A DNA stretch of 64,000 bases from Candidatus Latescibacterota bacterium (GTDB lineage Bacteria; Krumholzibacteriota; Krumholzibacteriia; WVZY01; JAKEHA01), in the NCBI GenBank assembly GCA_963707635.1, contig OY970173.1:544001-608000 (forward strand), written 5' to 3'. The notes below the pieces were generated by a model. The model made no database searches. It worked only from the letters and a program-made list of their open reading frames with translations, and was not told where the DNA came from. Of this stretch, positions 52,999 to 61,467 are shown piece by piece; the first letter of the stretch is position 1, and every line of letters begins with the position of its first letter. The translations under genes were made by a program, and so were the position numbers.

Positions 52999-53433
52999 CT
53001 ACGCGATCAGAAGAATGATGATGACGATCAGGAGCGCGACGACCAGGTTGATGGTTATCGTCTGGTCGGCCTGCTCCATGTCTTGCACGACATAGGTCGC
53101 GAAGGCATTGAGCTGGTCGTCGGGAACGCGGTCGAAGCCATTGGTGCCGGCGAGTTCATCACTCTTTTCCTGCAGCGAGGCCCGGACACGATCCAGGTTC
53201 ATGTCGTCCTGCGCCGAAGTCAGCGATGTGCTCCTGGCCGCCTCAATTGCCCTCGTCATGTCGCTCAGGCTCTTACCCAGGATCTCCCGCTTGAGAGCGG
53301 GGCTTTCCGTGGCCATTACCTTGAGAGCCGCATGGTTGAAGTGGTCGTAGACCTGGTTCTGGCCCATCGCGACCCCCGCGCAACTGAGAGCCCCAATCAA
53401 GACGGTCAGGCGTAATGCAGTTGTGATGAGCAT
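52999..53433 (-). CDS. Hypothetical secreted protein with a C-terminal hydrophobic anchor
   Basis: AGGAGG RBS; signal peptide; ends ITINLVVALLIVIIILLIA. Confidence 0.7.
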   Translation of the reverse strand: MLITTALRLTVLIGALSCAGVAMGQNQVYDHFNHAALKVMATESPALKREILGKSLSDMTRAIEAARSTSLTSAQDDMNLDRVRASLQEKSDELAGTNGFDRVPDDQLNAFATYVVQDMEQADQTITINLVVALLIVIIILLIA

Positions 53434-53497
53434 GACGTCCTCCTTCTTCGTGGTGCCCGGGCGGCGTCCGCGTTAGAATCGGATTCGGTCTCGCCGA

Positions 53498-53794
53498 TTA
53501 CGCGCCGGTCTTGCGCGCGATCGACTCGCTGTCGACCAGACGTCGCTTTTCGAGCTCGTCCTTGTAGGTCTGTCTCGCTTCGGCGACGACACCCTTGACC
53601 GTGCCCGTGATCGCCTCCTTCTTTTCGCGAGTCGCCTCCTTGAAGCGTTCGCCCTTGGTGTGGAGATCGTCGGCGCCTTCCTTGATTCTCTGGCGCAGCC
53701 GCGCGCCGGTTTGCGGGGCCCAGAGCAGCGCAGCCACTCCTCCCGCTACCGCACCGACCATGAACGCAATTGTGGCTGATCCCTTGGTATTCAT
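53498..53794 (-). CDS. YtxH-domain protein
   Basis: FMVGAVAGGVAALLWAPQTGARLR. Confidence 0.85.
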   Translation of the reverse strand: MNTKGSATIAFMVGAVAGGVAALLWAPQTGARLRQRIKEGADDLHTKGERFKEATREKKEAITGTVKGVVAEARQTYKDELEKRRLVDSESIARKTGA

Positions 53795-53821
53795 GCTCTT
53801 CTCCTTTCTTATGGCCCAGGC

Positions 53822-54256
53822 CTAGCGATCAGCTAGACCGAGAGTGCCGGGGTTTCTCTTCACTGCGTCGGGTCCGTTACCGCCCCGCATGCGACGGAGC
53901 GCCGCCAGACCCGCTCGAGCGCTCGCGACGATCGCTCCATAGCGATCGGCGACTCCGCCCTCGAGAGTCCGGACAAACTCTGCGGTGGCGGCGCGGGCTT
54001 CGCCCGAGACCTTTTGCACGTCGCCGACGAGCTGCGACGTCGTGTGCGTCAGTGCCCGCAAGTCTTCCAACTCCGCTTCGCAACGCTCGAGCACGCCTTG
54101 CGCGACCGGGGCCAACGCCGTGATACGGCGTGCCGCGTATTCGATTTCGCGCGCCGTGCTCGTCAACCGGCGCGTGAGCCGCACGACCGCGATTGCGCCT
54201 GCGACCACAGCCACGGCGACAATTGTCGCCACAATTTCGAAAAGCGTGAAGGTCAT
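53822..54256 (-). CDS. DUF948/YoxC-like membrane-anchored coiled-coil protein
   Basis: N-terminal TM helix plus amphipathic helices; directly upstream of the YtxH-like gene. Confidence 0.6.
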   Translation of the reverse strand: MTFTLFEIVATIVAVAVVAGAIAVVRLTRRLTSTAREIEYAARRITALAPVAQGVLERCEAELEDLRALTHTTSQLVGDVQKVSGEARAATAEFVRTLEGGVADRYGAIVASARAGLAALRRMRGGNGPDAVKRNPGTLGLADR

Positions 54257-54289
54257 GGCTAATCAGTTTCCTCTCGGAATCGCCCGGAG

Positions 54290-54412
54290 TCACGAGGCGG
54301 GCGGGCGGGGGTCCTCATCTTCCCGCATCTCGGCGGTGAGGCGGGCGAGGCCCCAGAAGCCGATGATCGCGGCGACTAGTGCAACAGCCAAGAATGCCAA
54401 TGCAGCGCTCAT
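54290..54412 (-). CDS. 40-aa membrane microprotein, DUF1328-like N-terminus (not in the ORF track)
   Basis: GGGAGG RBS; MSAALAFLAVALVAAIIGFWGLARLTAEMREDEDPRPPAS*. Confidence 0.6.
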   Translation of the reverse strand: MSAALAFLAVALVAAIIGFWGLARLTAEMREDEDPRPPAS

Positions 54413-54568
54413 GACTTGCCTCCCTTGATCGGGTTCATGAATACACATGCCATTCTGTGACGATCAAACGATGGTTCCGGTGTTCCGGCGCGCGCCACTT
54501 AAAGAGACATTAGATTCTCTTCATCGCGATTACATGTGGCGGGCGCCGCGACTTTCCTCAGCTCGCGC

Positions 54569-54802
54569 TCACGTGGTCAACCCGGGATTCTTGCGTGACG
54601 ACCAGCCAACCAGGAAACCACCCGCGATGAGAGCGGCCACGCCGACAACGGGAGGAATCGATACCCGCTCCTTCTTCTCCACGACGACGTCGACCGGCCC
54701 GATATGGGTGGTGTCGCGATCTTTGATGTAGGTGACTCCGCCCCAGATGATTCCGACGAAACCGATGATGATGAGCAGGATGCCGATCAGTGTCACGTTC
54801 AT
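54569..54802 (-). CDS. Small two-TM protein (DUF3185-like)
   Basis: IGILLIIIG...HIGPVDV...IPPVVGVAALIAG. Confidence 0.75.
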   Translation of the reverse strand: MNVTLIGILLIIIGFVGIIWGGVTYIKDRDTTHIGPVDVVVEKKERVSIPPVVGVAALIAGGFLVGWSSRKNPGLTT

Positions 54803-54919
54803 GGTCGTGACTCCCTTCATGCCGACAGGCGACGGGCCGTACCGGCGTTGTTTGAACCCGTGTGGTAGTGGGGTCCATCGAGCGGCACGGCCCGCCGCAC
54901 GCAGCCTTGCTATCGCCGT

Positions 54920-55519
54920 CTATGAACCGCCGAGGAAGTAAACGTGGAAGCCGATGTGCGAAAAATTGTTGCCCAGGGTGCCGAAGCTGGTTTCGCTGTC
55001 ACCGCCGCCGGCCGGGCTGAAGCTGTAGAACCCGATACCGTGGCTGGCCGACACGCTGAAACTATCCACGATGAAGACTTCCGCTTCGATCTCACCTTCT
55101 ATGGTCAATGTCGTCGCGTCGTCCGTGGCAAACGGCTCGGGCGGAGACGACATCTGAACTTCCTCGCTCTCGTAGAGGAATCCCGGCCGGACGAGGACGT
55201 GCACCTTGTCCCAGCTTTTCAGGACGATCGGCATTCCCAGTTCGACCGCCCAACCGGTCAGGCTCTCCCCGTCGTAGCTGGGGGCGGGGTTCGACTGGAA
55301 CCCGATTCCCAGGTCGACACCGAACTTCTGCTCGCCCAGCCACCAGCGAACGCCCAGCGGGGCGGTGATGGAATGGAAACCCAAACCCCCGTTGGGGTGC
55401 GATGGCCCTTCTCCGGTCAGCATGCTCGTGGATGCTTCGGTTTGCGCGTCCACCGACGCGGGCAGAGCGAAGCAGGCGGCCGCCGTTACCGTGAATAGGA
55501 AAGTCATCAGTTTCTTCAT
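54920..55519 (-). CDS. Small outer-membrane beta-barrel protein
   Basis: AAGGAG RBS; signal peptide; alternating beta-strands ending IGFHVYF. Confidence 0.75.
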   Translation of the reverse strand: MKKLMTFLFTVTAAACFALPASVDAQTEASTSMLTGEGPSHPNGGLGFHSITAPLGVRWWLGEQKFGVDLGIGFQSNPAPSYDGESLTGWAVELGMPIVLKSWDKVHVLVRPGFLYESEEVQMSSPPEPFATDDATTLTIEGEIEAEVFIVDSFSVSASHGIGFYSFSPAGGGDSETSFGTLGNNFSHIGFHVYFLGGS

Positions 55520-55650
55520 GAGTCGCTCCTTTTGATTGGATGCCTCACTGCGATCCTGGCAACAGTCGCAGCAAAGCCTGCAAGGTGGGAGCGACGGGTG
55601 GCTGTAACGGAACTTACAAGGCGGGAGGGCCGAGGGTCACAGAATCCGCG

Positions 55651-56394
55651 TCAGTCGGACACGCCCGGGCGCGGAACCAGAATGCTCCGGACGATGGGCC
55701 GAAGCCGCGCCACCCACAGTGCATACATTTGCGCCGAAGGGTGCAAACCGTCGGGCGCGACGAGATTCTGCTCGTCGCGCGCCCGCCGCGAGATGTCGGT
55801 TACGTCGACGAACACGACCCCGCGGGCCTCGGAAACGGCACGCGCGAAGTCGTTGTACATGTCGATTTCGCCCGCGATTATTCCCTCCGGGTCGAATAAC
55901 CGCCGCCCGAAGCGGGTCGCCGAATAGTCCGGAATCGAAAGCACGATCACGTGGGTTGGACTTCCGTGCGCCAGAGCGATCGCACGGTCGATGAGCGCCC
56001 GAAACTCGCGCTCGTAGACATCGAACGCAAGCGCCCTGAACTGATTGTTGACGCCGATCTGGAGGGTGACGAGGTGGAACGAGCCGTCGAGATCCGCGGA
56101 CGCGTCGAGCAGGTTCGCAGTGGTCCAGCCGGTACGAGCAACGATCGTAAGGCCTACCACGCGCACGCTGTCGGCGAGGAGCGAATCGGCGAGTTGGCGG
56201 GGCCAACTCTTCGCTGGCGCGACCTTCTCGCCGATCGTGTACGAATCCCCCAGTGCGAGCACGCGGACCTGGGCGGCAGCGTGCGGCGCGGGCGTCGCCG
56301 TGGGCAGCGCCGGTTCGTCCTGGCACGCCCATACCGACGCGACGAACACGACGGCAACGATAACTCTTGACGCGGAGAAGCCCATTGTTGACAT
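55651..56394 (-). CDS. SGNH/GDSL hydrolase lipoprotein
   Basis: LGDSYT, TGWTT, IGVNNQ, DGLHPS. Confidence 0.9.
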   Translation of the reverse strand: MSTMGFSASRVIVAVVFVASVWACQDEPALPTATPAPHAAAQVRVLALGDSYTIGEKVAPAKSWPRQLADSLLADSVRVVGLTIVARTGWTTANLLDASADLDGSFHLVTLQIGVNNQFRALAFDVYEREFRALIDRAIALAHGSPTHVIVLSIPDYSATRFGRRLFDPEGIIAGEIDMYNDFARAVSEARGVVFVDVTDISRRARDEQNLVAPDGLHPSAQMYALWVARLRPIVRSILVPRPGVSD

Positions 56395-56577
56395 ATCATA
56401 GCGCCGGGCTAGTGGATGCGCAAGCTGTCGGCGTTCATCATGGTCGCGTTGCAGGCTCGCAGTCGCGGAGTCTCACAGCACTCGCCTCAGTATCCACGCG
56501 TCGCGAACAACCGACATCGACTATGGCGGCGCATGACATGATGCGCGGGGCAGCTCTCATGAAAAGGAGTAAGAACC

Positions 56578-57126
56578 ATGAGTAACGTTGCGACGAAAGT
56601 CGAATCGGGTGGACGCCGTATGACGATGTTCGGCGTCGTTTGTATCATCCTCGGGCTGATCGCGATGGCGATACCCGCGCTCACCAGCCTGTCCGCCGTA
56701 TTGGCGGTGGGTCTGCTGGTGATTGGAGCCGGCATCCTGAGAATGCTGTGGGCGTTTGGCGCGGGAAGCTTCGGCAAGGGCTTGCTGGGTCTCGCGATCG
56801 GCTTCCTCACGCTTCTGTGCGGCATCGCGATGGTGGCCAATCCCTTGTTTTCGTTGGGCGTTCTGACCCTCGTCATCGCGATCTATTTGATCGTGGATGG
56901 CGTGGCCGAGATCATCGGCTCATTCCGCATGGCCGGGTCGGGTCGTGGGTGGTTGCTTGTCGGAGGGATCGCCTCGATTGTTCTCGGGCTCATGATCTGG
57001 CGGCAGTTCCCCTTGTCGGGGGCCTGGGCCATCGGCGTCCTGCTGGGCGTCAAGCTGCTGTTCGTCGGGATGGCCATGGTCACCGGCGGGTCTGCATTGA
57101 AGTCGCTCGCGAAAGCGAGCGGATAG
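56578..57126 (+). CDS. HdeD/DUF308 family membrane protein
   Basis: AAGGAG RBS; six TM helices; PLSGAWAIGVLLGV. Confidence 0.85.
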   Translation: MSNVATKVESGGRRMTMFGVVCIILGLIAMAIPALTSLSAVLAVGLLVIGAGILRMLWAFGAGSFGKGLLGLAIGFLTLLCGIAMVANPLFSLGVLTLVIAIYLIVDGVAEIIGSFRMAGSGRGWLLVGGIASIVLGLMIWRQFPLSGAWAIGVLLGVKLLFVGMAMVTGGSALKSLAKASG

Positions 57127-57142
57127 AGATCTTGATGGCGTC

Positions 57143-57841
57143 TTACGGCGCCGGCGTGATTCGCAGGATCAACGCAATCTTCTGAAACCTGCGTAATGAG
57201 CCATCTTCCACGAAGATGACGTTGCCACCCAGTGTCAGCACCTTTTCGATGACCACATCCACGAGGTTGTCAGCGTCGTCCATCAGGGGCGAGTTCTCCT
57301 GGGGCTTCACGCGGTAGCCGTCTTCGACCAGCAACGTCGCGCCTACGCCGGAGTCGATCGATTGGACAACGTCGTCAATGCCTACGGCGACGTTGTGTGC
57401 GCGTGCAGCCGCTTCCAACTCGCGCGCTACTTTGTTGCCGGCGCTGGCCATAGCCCCTTTCACAAGCGGCCACACGATGCTCCCCAAATCGTTTAGAGAT
57501 GTAGTCGCATGATCACCCTCGGCCTGGCCGATAATCGCCCCCGGATATGCCGTCACCGACGCGAACGCGGACTGGTTTCTCTCTGTGCCAACCAGAACCA
57601 CTCCGAGCGGATCTTGCTCGTAGTAATGAGCGAAATGGTGGTCTACGGTCTGCAAGAACGCTCGCAGTTGAATATCGTTAAGCGCTGGATGCACCGGACT
57701 CACCGAAGACTCGAACGGGAACCACGTGTTCTGAATGTCGATCAGGCTATCCCGAAATGCCTCGTATAACTTGTTCGTATGTTCACTCAGCGACAGAACG
57801 TAGTAATGTGTGCTGAGTCTATGCTGCGTACTGAGTTTCAC
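57143..57841 (-). CDS. baeRF3/eRF1-domain-like protein, apparently lacking the usual N-terminal part
   Basis: YYVLSLSE...LYEA...FP, PLGVVLVG, LLVEDGY, DVVIEKVLTLGGNVIFV...IALILR. Confidence 0.7.
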   Translation of the reverse strand: MKLSTQHRLSTHYYVLSLSEHTNKLYEAFRDSLIDIQNTWFPFESSVSPVHPALNDIQLRAFLQTVDHHFAHYYEQDPLGVVLVGTERNQSAFASVTAYPGAIIGQAEGDHATTSLNDLGSIVWPLVKGAMASAGNKVARELEAAARAHNVAVGIDDVVQSIDSGVGATLLVEDGYRVKPQENSPLMDDADNLVDVVIEKVLTLGGNVIFVEDGSLRRFQKIALILRITPAP

Positions 57842-57923
57842 GACGGGTCTCCCTGTGCCGCGAGTGCTTTTTTCCGGGAATGGTCTGGCCTATGCGCCTC
57901 AAGTGTAAGGGATGCCTGGTGCC

Positions 57924-57966
57924 GGATTGAATCGATCCAAAGAGCGAAAAAGGAGCTAGTCCCTCG
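57924..57966 (-). promoter_or_regulatory. 43-bp conserved upstream module, copy 1
   Basis: GGATTGAATCGATCCAAAGAGCGAAAAAGGAGCTAGTCCCTCG (+ strand); gap-free match to copies 2 and 3. Confidence 0.75.
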
Positions 57967-58022
57967 AAGGATTGACCGCTTCAGCTACCACGCCAACGCC
58001 CTTGGTGCGCGATATTCAGGCC

Positions 58023-59144
58023 TCACTCCCGCACCACGGCGCGGCGTGTAGCTGACTTAGGCTCGAACGGAGCCCGGAGTTCATACAGAATGACCTGCTC
58101 CCGGCCTGCCTGCTTGGCGGCGTAGAGCGCGATGTCGGCCGCGCGCAACAGTTCCGGAGCCGTGGAAGCGTGTTCGGGCGACGCCGCAATGCCGGCCGAC
58201 AGCGTCATTGTGCCGAGCGACTGTCGATCGTACCGTATCTCCAGTTGCTTGATGATGGCACAGATCTGTTCGACCCGCTCTCGGGTGTCTGCCAGAGACG
58301 AATCGGGTAGAACGAGCGCAAACTCCTCGCCGCCAAGGCGGCACGCAATGTCGCTCGTGCGCAGGTTCTGGGACAGCACGTGCGCACACTCGCGCAACGC
58401 GAGGTCACCGGCATCGTGGCCAAACATGTCGTTGAATCGCTTGAAGTGATCGACGTCCAGAACGGCGACGGACAAGGAGGTGCTGCGGCGCTGCGACAGG
58501 CTCAATTCACGCGGCAGGCTGTCGTCCAGGTAGCGCCGGTTGAACAGGCCGGTCAGCGGATCATGATTGGCCTGCTCGCGCAGGCACGACAACAAGTCCT
58601 CGTTGACTTGCCGGGTGCGATCCTCAAGTTCTTTCCGCTCGGTGATGTCCCGGATATTGCACTGAATCACCTTCATCCCGCCGGCCATGTACACGTTGCT
58701 GACGAACTCCACGTGCCTGTGCTCGTGCTCCTTGGTTTCCAGCGGCAGGTTGTCGTAGCGGACATACTCCTTGGCCTGCAATTGCCGAAAGGCCTCCCGG
58801 CTGGCCACGACATCTTTGAACGGGCCGATCTCCCAGAGTGTCTTGCCCAGCAGCTCGGCGTGACGATAGCCGAGCATGGCCTGTAGAAACGGGTTGGCGT
58901 CGGTTATCTGTCCGGATTTCGCATTCAGGATGAGTATGCCATCCTTGGCTGTCTCGAAGAGCCGTCGGTAGCGGCGCTCGGAATCCGCCAGCGCATTATC
59001 GATCCGCTTGTGACCATTCCGACCGCTCACGGACCCAGCCTTCTTGCCTATGGGCCTCATGGCCAGCTCGACGCTTGCCGGGTTCAGTTGCCTCTGCGAG
59101 GTTGCGTTGTCGGCAAAGAGTCGGGATCTTGTATTCTTCGTCAT
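58023..59144 (-). CDS. PAS-GGDEF diguanylate cyclase
   Basis: RYRRLFETAKDGIL...CNIRDITERK (PAS); DPLTGLFNRR, DVDHFKRFND, RLGGEEF; start 59144 or 59060. Confidence 0.9.
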   Translation of the reverse strand: MTKNTRSRLFADNATSQRQLNPASVELAMRPIGKKAGSVSGRNGHKRIDNALADSERRYRRLFETAKDGILILNAKSGQITDANPFLQAMLGYRHAELLGKTLWEIGPFKDVVASREAFRQLQAKEYVRYDNLPLETKEHEHRHVEFVSNVYMAGGMKVIQCNIRDITERKELEDRTRQVNEDLLSCLREQANHDPLTGLFNRRYLDDSLPRELSLSQRRSTSLSVAVLDVDHFKRFNDMFGHDAGDLALRECAHVLSQNLRTSDIACRLGGEEFALVLPDSSLADTRERVEQICAIIKQLEIRYDRQSLGTMTLSAGIAASPEHASTAPELLRAADIALYAAKQAGREQVILYELRAPFEPKSATRRAVVRE

Positions 59145-59214
59145 GACAAACCCCCAGGATTGACGGGATCCTCTCCCGTCCGCGGCTCGTGGGCGCAATT
59201 GGCACGGGGAATCA

Positions 59215-59330
59215 CGGGTCCGAGCAGGTACTGAATCAGATCGCTTTTTTCCTCGTCCGTAAGCCCGAGTTTGAAGAAGGAATCGTAATGGTCGACGACT
59301 TGAGACATCGACATCGACTCTGGATGGGTA
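59215..59330 (-). pseudogene. Remnant of a cytochrome c/peroxidase-like C-terminus
   Basis: SQVVDHYDSFFKLGLTDEEKSDLIQYL with no heme motif or credible upstream domain. Confidence 0.45.
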
Positions 59331-59557
59331 GCAAGTGTCCTTACCACAACGTCTCCTTGCTCGGCGTCGCGCACCTCCATGCCGGCTTGAATCAACCTCT
59401 GCTGGTTGGAGGTGCGCGGGCGCAATCCCGCGGCGGCGAATCTCCTTCGCCGACGGTCTTCGAAACTCCGCGGCGTGGGTACTACGGCCGTATTGCCGGC
59501 AAGCGCAACCGCGCCGATCCATGCCAATGCCCGGACAAGGTACCGGAGGTGGGGAAC

Positions 59558-59600
59558 GGACGGAATCGACCGAAAGGGCGAAAAAGGAGCTAGTCCCTCG
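59558..59600 (-). promoter_or_regulatory. 43-bp conserved upstream module, copy 2
   Basis: GGACGGAATCGACCGAAAGGGCGAAAAAGGAGCTAGTCCCTCG (+ strand). Confidence 0.75.
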
Positions 59601-59638
59601 GATGTGGGAAAATACGGCAGGCGACTTAGTGGCTTTGG

Positions 59639-60298
59639 CTATTGCCTGCGCTCTTCGTCGTGGACGAAGGCAGCAATCTGCAGACGGGTATTGAGCTCCA
59701 GCTTTTCCAGCACATTGTGGACGTGGCTTTTCACGGTGAAGGTCGCAATGTGGAGCTGCTGGGCAATCTCCTTGTTGCTCATGCCCTCGGAAATCAGGTC
59801 TACGATCTCCCGTTCACGCTTCGTCAACTGTATCGCATGAGCGGGAATGCTGTTCCCGCTCTTGAGCACCGATTCGACGATTTGCGTGAAGAGTGATTTG
59901 GTCAACCCTGCCGGAAGTATGGTGGCTCCCCCGGCGACGGCTTGGATGGTCCTGACATAATCTTCCACCGGGGCGTTCTTGAGAATGAAGCCTGACCCCC
60001 CGGCTTTCACGAATTCGACAATGTCGGCTTGATCGGGGAGGATATCCATCGCGATGACTCTTGACTCCGGAAAGCGCTCTCGAAGCACTCCCATCAGCTT
60101 CAAGCTGTGTTCTTGCTCCAGGCCGAGATCCAGTAGAACGACGTCGGGCGAGTGCATACCCTCGAGCTGTGCGGTCGAACCGTCGCCGTCGGTACGCGCG
60201 TCGACAGCGAAACCACCGTGATTCCGAAGAATGTCGGAGATACCTTCCCGCAAGAAGCGATTGTCTTCAATCAGCAAGACTCGAATTTTTGTAGGCAC
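59639..60298 (-). CDS. NarL/LuxR-family response regulator
   Basis: VLLIEDN, DVVLLDL, GFILK; LTKREREI...SNKEIA...TVKSHVHN. Confidence 0.93.
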   Translation of the reverse strand: MPTKIRVLLIEDNRFLREGISDILRNHGGFAVDARTDGDGSTAQLEGMHSPDVVLLDLGLEQEHSLKLMGVLRERFPESRVIAMDILPDQADIVEFVKAGGSGFILKNAPVEDYVRTIQAVAGGATILPAGLTKSLFTQIVESVLKSGNSIPAHAIQLTKREREIVDLISEGMSNKEIAQQLHIATFTVKSHVHNVLEKLELNTRLQIAAFVHDEERRQ

Positions 60299-60533
60299 AA
60301 TCGTCTCCGAGCATGATAGCCAACGCGAAGCGGGTAAAGCGCTGGCCGTCAGGGAGACTAGCCGAAGGTACTGTCCCGGGCGGCCGGCTCTTCACTGGCT
60401 GATATTGCAGACGTTAAACGCAGCCCGCCGCGCCTGTCAACAGCTCTATTGCGGAAGCCGTCGGACGATCGGGTGTTAGCGTGCTAACGCCGCGCGGATC
60501 TGGGTCAGGCGATGAGTCGAGCACTCCGTGCCG

Positions 60534-61271
60534 TCACTCGGCGAGCTTGCCGAGCGCTTTGGGGTCGTGGATGCAGATGTATTCCTTGTGGAACGCGACG
60601 ATACCTTCACGTTTGAAGCGATTCATGTGGGTGCTCACGACCTCGCGGCGGGCGCCGATGAGGTTGGCGACGTCTTGCCGCGTGAGGGGGACGTCGATGC
60701 TCATGCCGCACGCTCGTTGCTGGGGGAATTCGCGGGTCAGGCGGATCAACACCCGGGCAAGCCGCGCAAGCACGCTGCGAAACGCCAGATCTTCGAATCG
60801 CGCGACCACTTCGACCGACCGTTCGCCAATGAGCTTGACGAGTCGCGAACACGCACCAGCTTGCTGGATGAGTTTGTCGAAATCGTCCCGTGAGACATAC
60901 GCGACCAGCGATGCTTGCATCGCTCTAGCCCGCAGTTCCGTCGTTTCGTTTCCGACCGAGTTCAAGAGACCGAACGGCTCACCGTGCTTGATGAGCAGCA
61001 GGAGAAGCTCCTTTCCGCTGGCATCATCGACACAGCTGATTTTGACGCGGCCTTTGAGGAGAAAGTACATCCGCTGCAGATGCTCGTCGCGGCTGCCGCT
61101 GATGACGTAGATTGTCTCGCCACGCTTGAATTCGCGCAGTTGCAGGAGTCGCGTGAACCGTTTCAGCACCTCACCGTCGACGGACTTGAGCAGGTCGACG
61201 CTACGGAGGTGCCAAAGACCGAAATCCTTGAGGGTCTTGGGTGTCGGTATCGTTCCGCGCTTCTTGTTCAT
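60534..61271 (-). CDS. Crp/Fnr-family transcriptional regulator
   Basis: LLKGRVKI, GEPFG, RLARVL, LTRQDVANLIGARREVVS HTH. Confidence 0.92.
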   Translation of the reverse strand: MNKKRGTIPTPKTLKDFGLWHLRSVDLLKSVDGEVLKRFTRLLQLREFKRGETIYVISGSRDEHLQRMYFLLKGRVKISCVDDASGKELLLLLIKHGEPFGLLNSVGNETTELRARAMQASLVAYVSRDDFDKLIQQAGACSRLVKLIGERSVEVVARFEDLAFRSVLARLARVLIRLTREFPQQRACGMSIDVPLTRQDVANLIGARREVVSTHMNRFKREGIVAFHKEYICIHDPKALGKLAE

Positions 61272-61324
61272 GTTGCAGTTCCGCTCCCTCGTTTAGTCCG
61301 ACAGCATACCCGAGGGCGGTAACG

Positions 61325-61367
61325 GGATTGAATCGATCGGAAGAGTGAAAAGGGAACTAATCCCTGG
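61325..61367 (-). promoter_or_regulatory. 43-bp conserved upstream module, copy 3
   Basis: GGATTGAATCGATCGGAAGAGTGAAAAGGGAACTAATCCCTGG (+ strand). Confidence 0.7.
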
Positions 61368-61467
61368 GACGTGTGTGTGCACCAATTCGCGCTCGATTCC
61401 ATCGCCACCGGTCGCTAGAATGGCGGCATGGAGACCTTCCAACCCGCCGCCTGAAGCCGTACGCATC

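Noticed and set aside
57924..61367. The 43-bp repeats as CRISPR repeats or IS ends
   Set aside because: Spaced 1.6-1.8 kb apart, direct orientation, each at a fixed distance from a -10-like element; no transposase or cas gene
61416..61454. TAGAAT-ggcggc-ATG as a leaderless start of the PLD gene
   Set aside because: That ATG (61428) opens only METFQPAA* in another frame; at most a tiny uORF, otherwise unsupported
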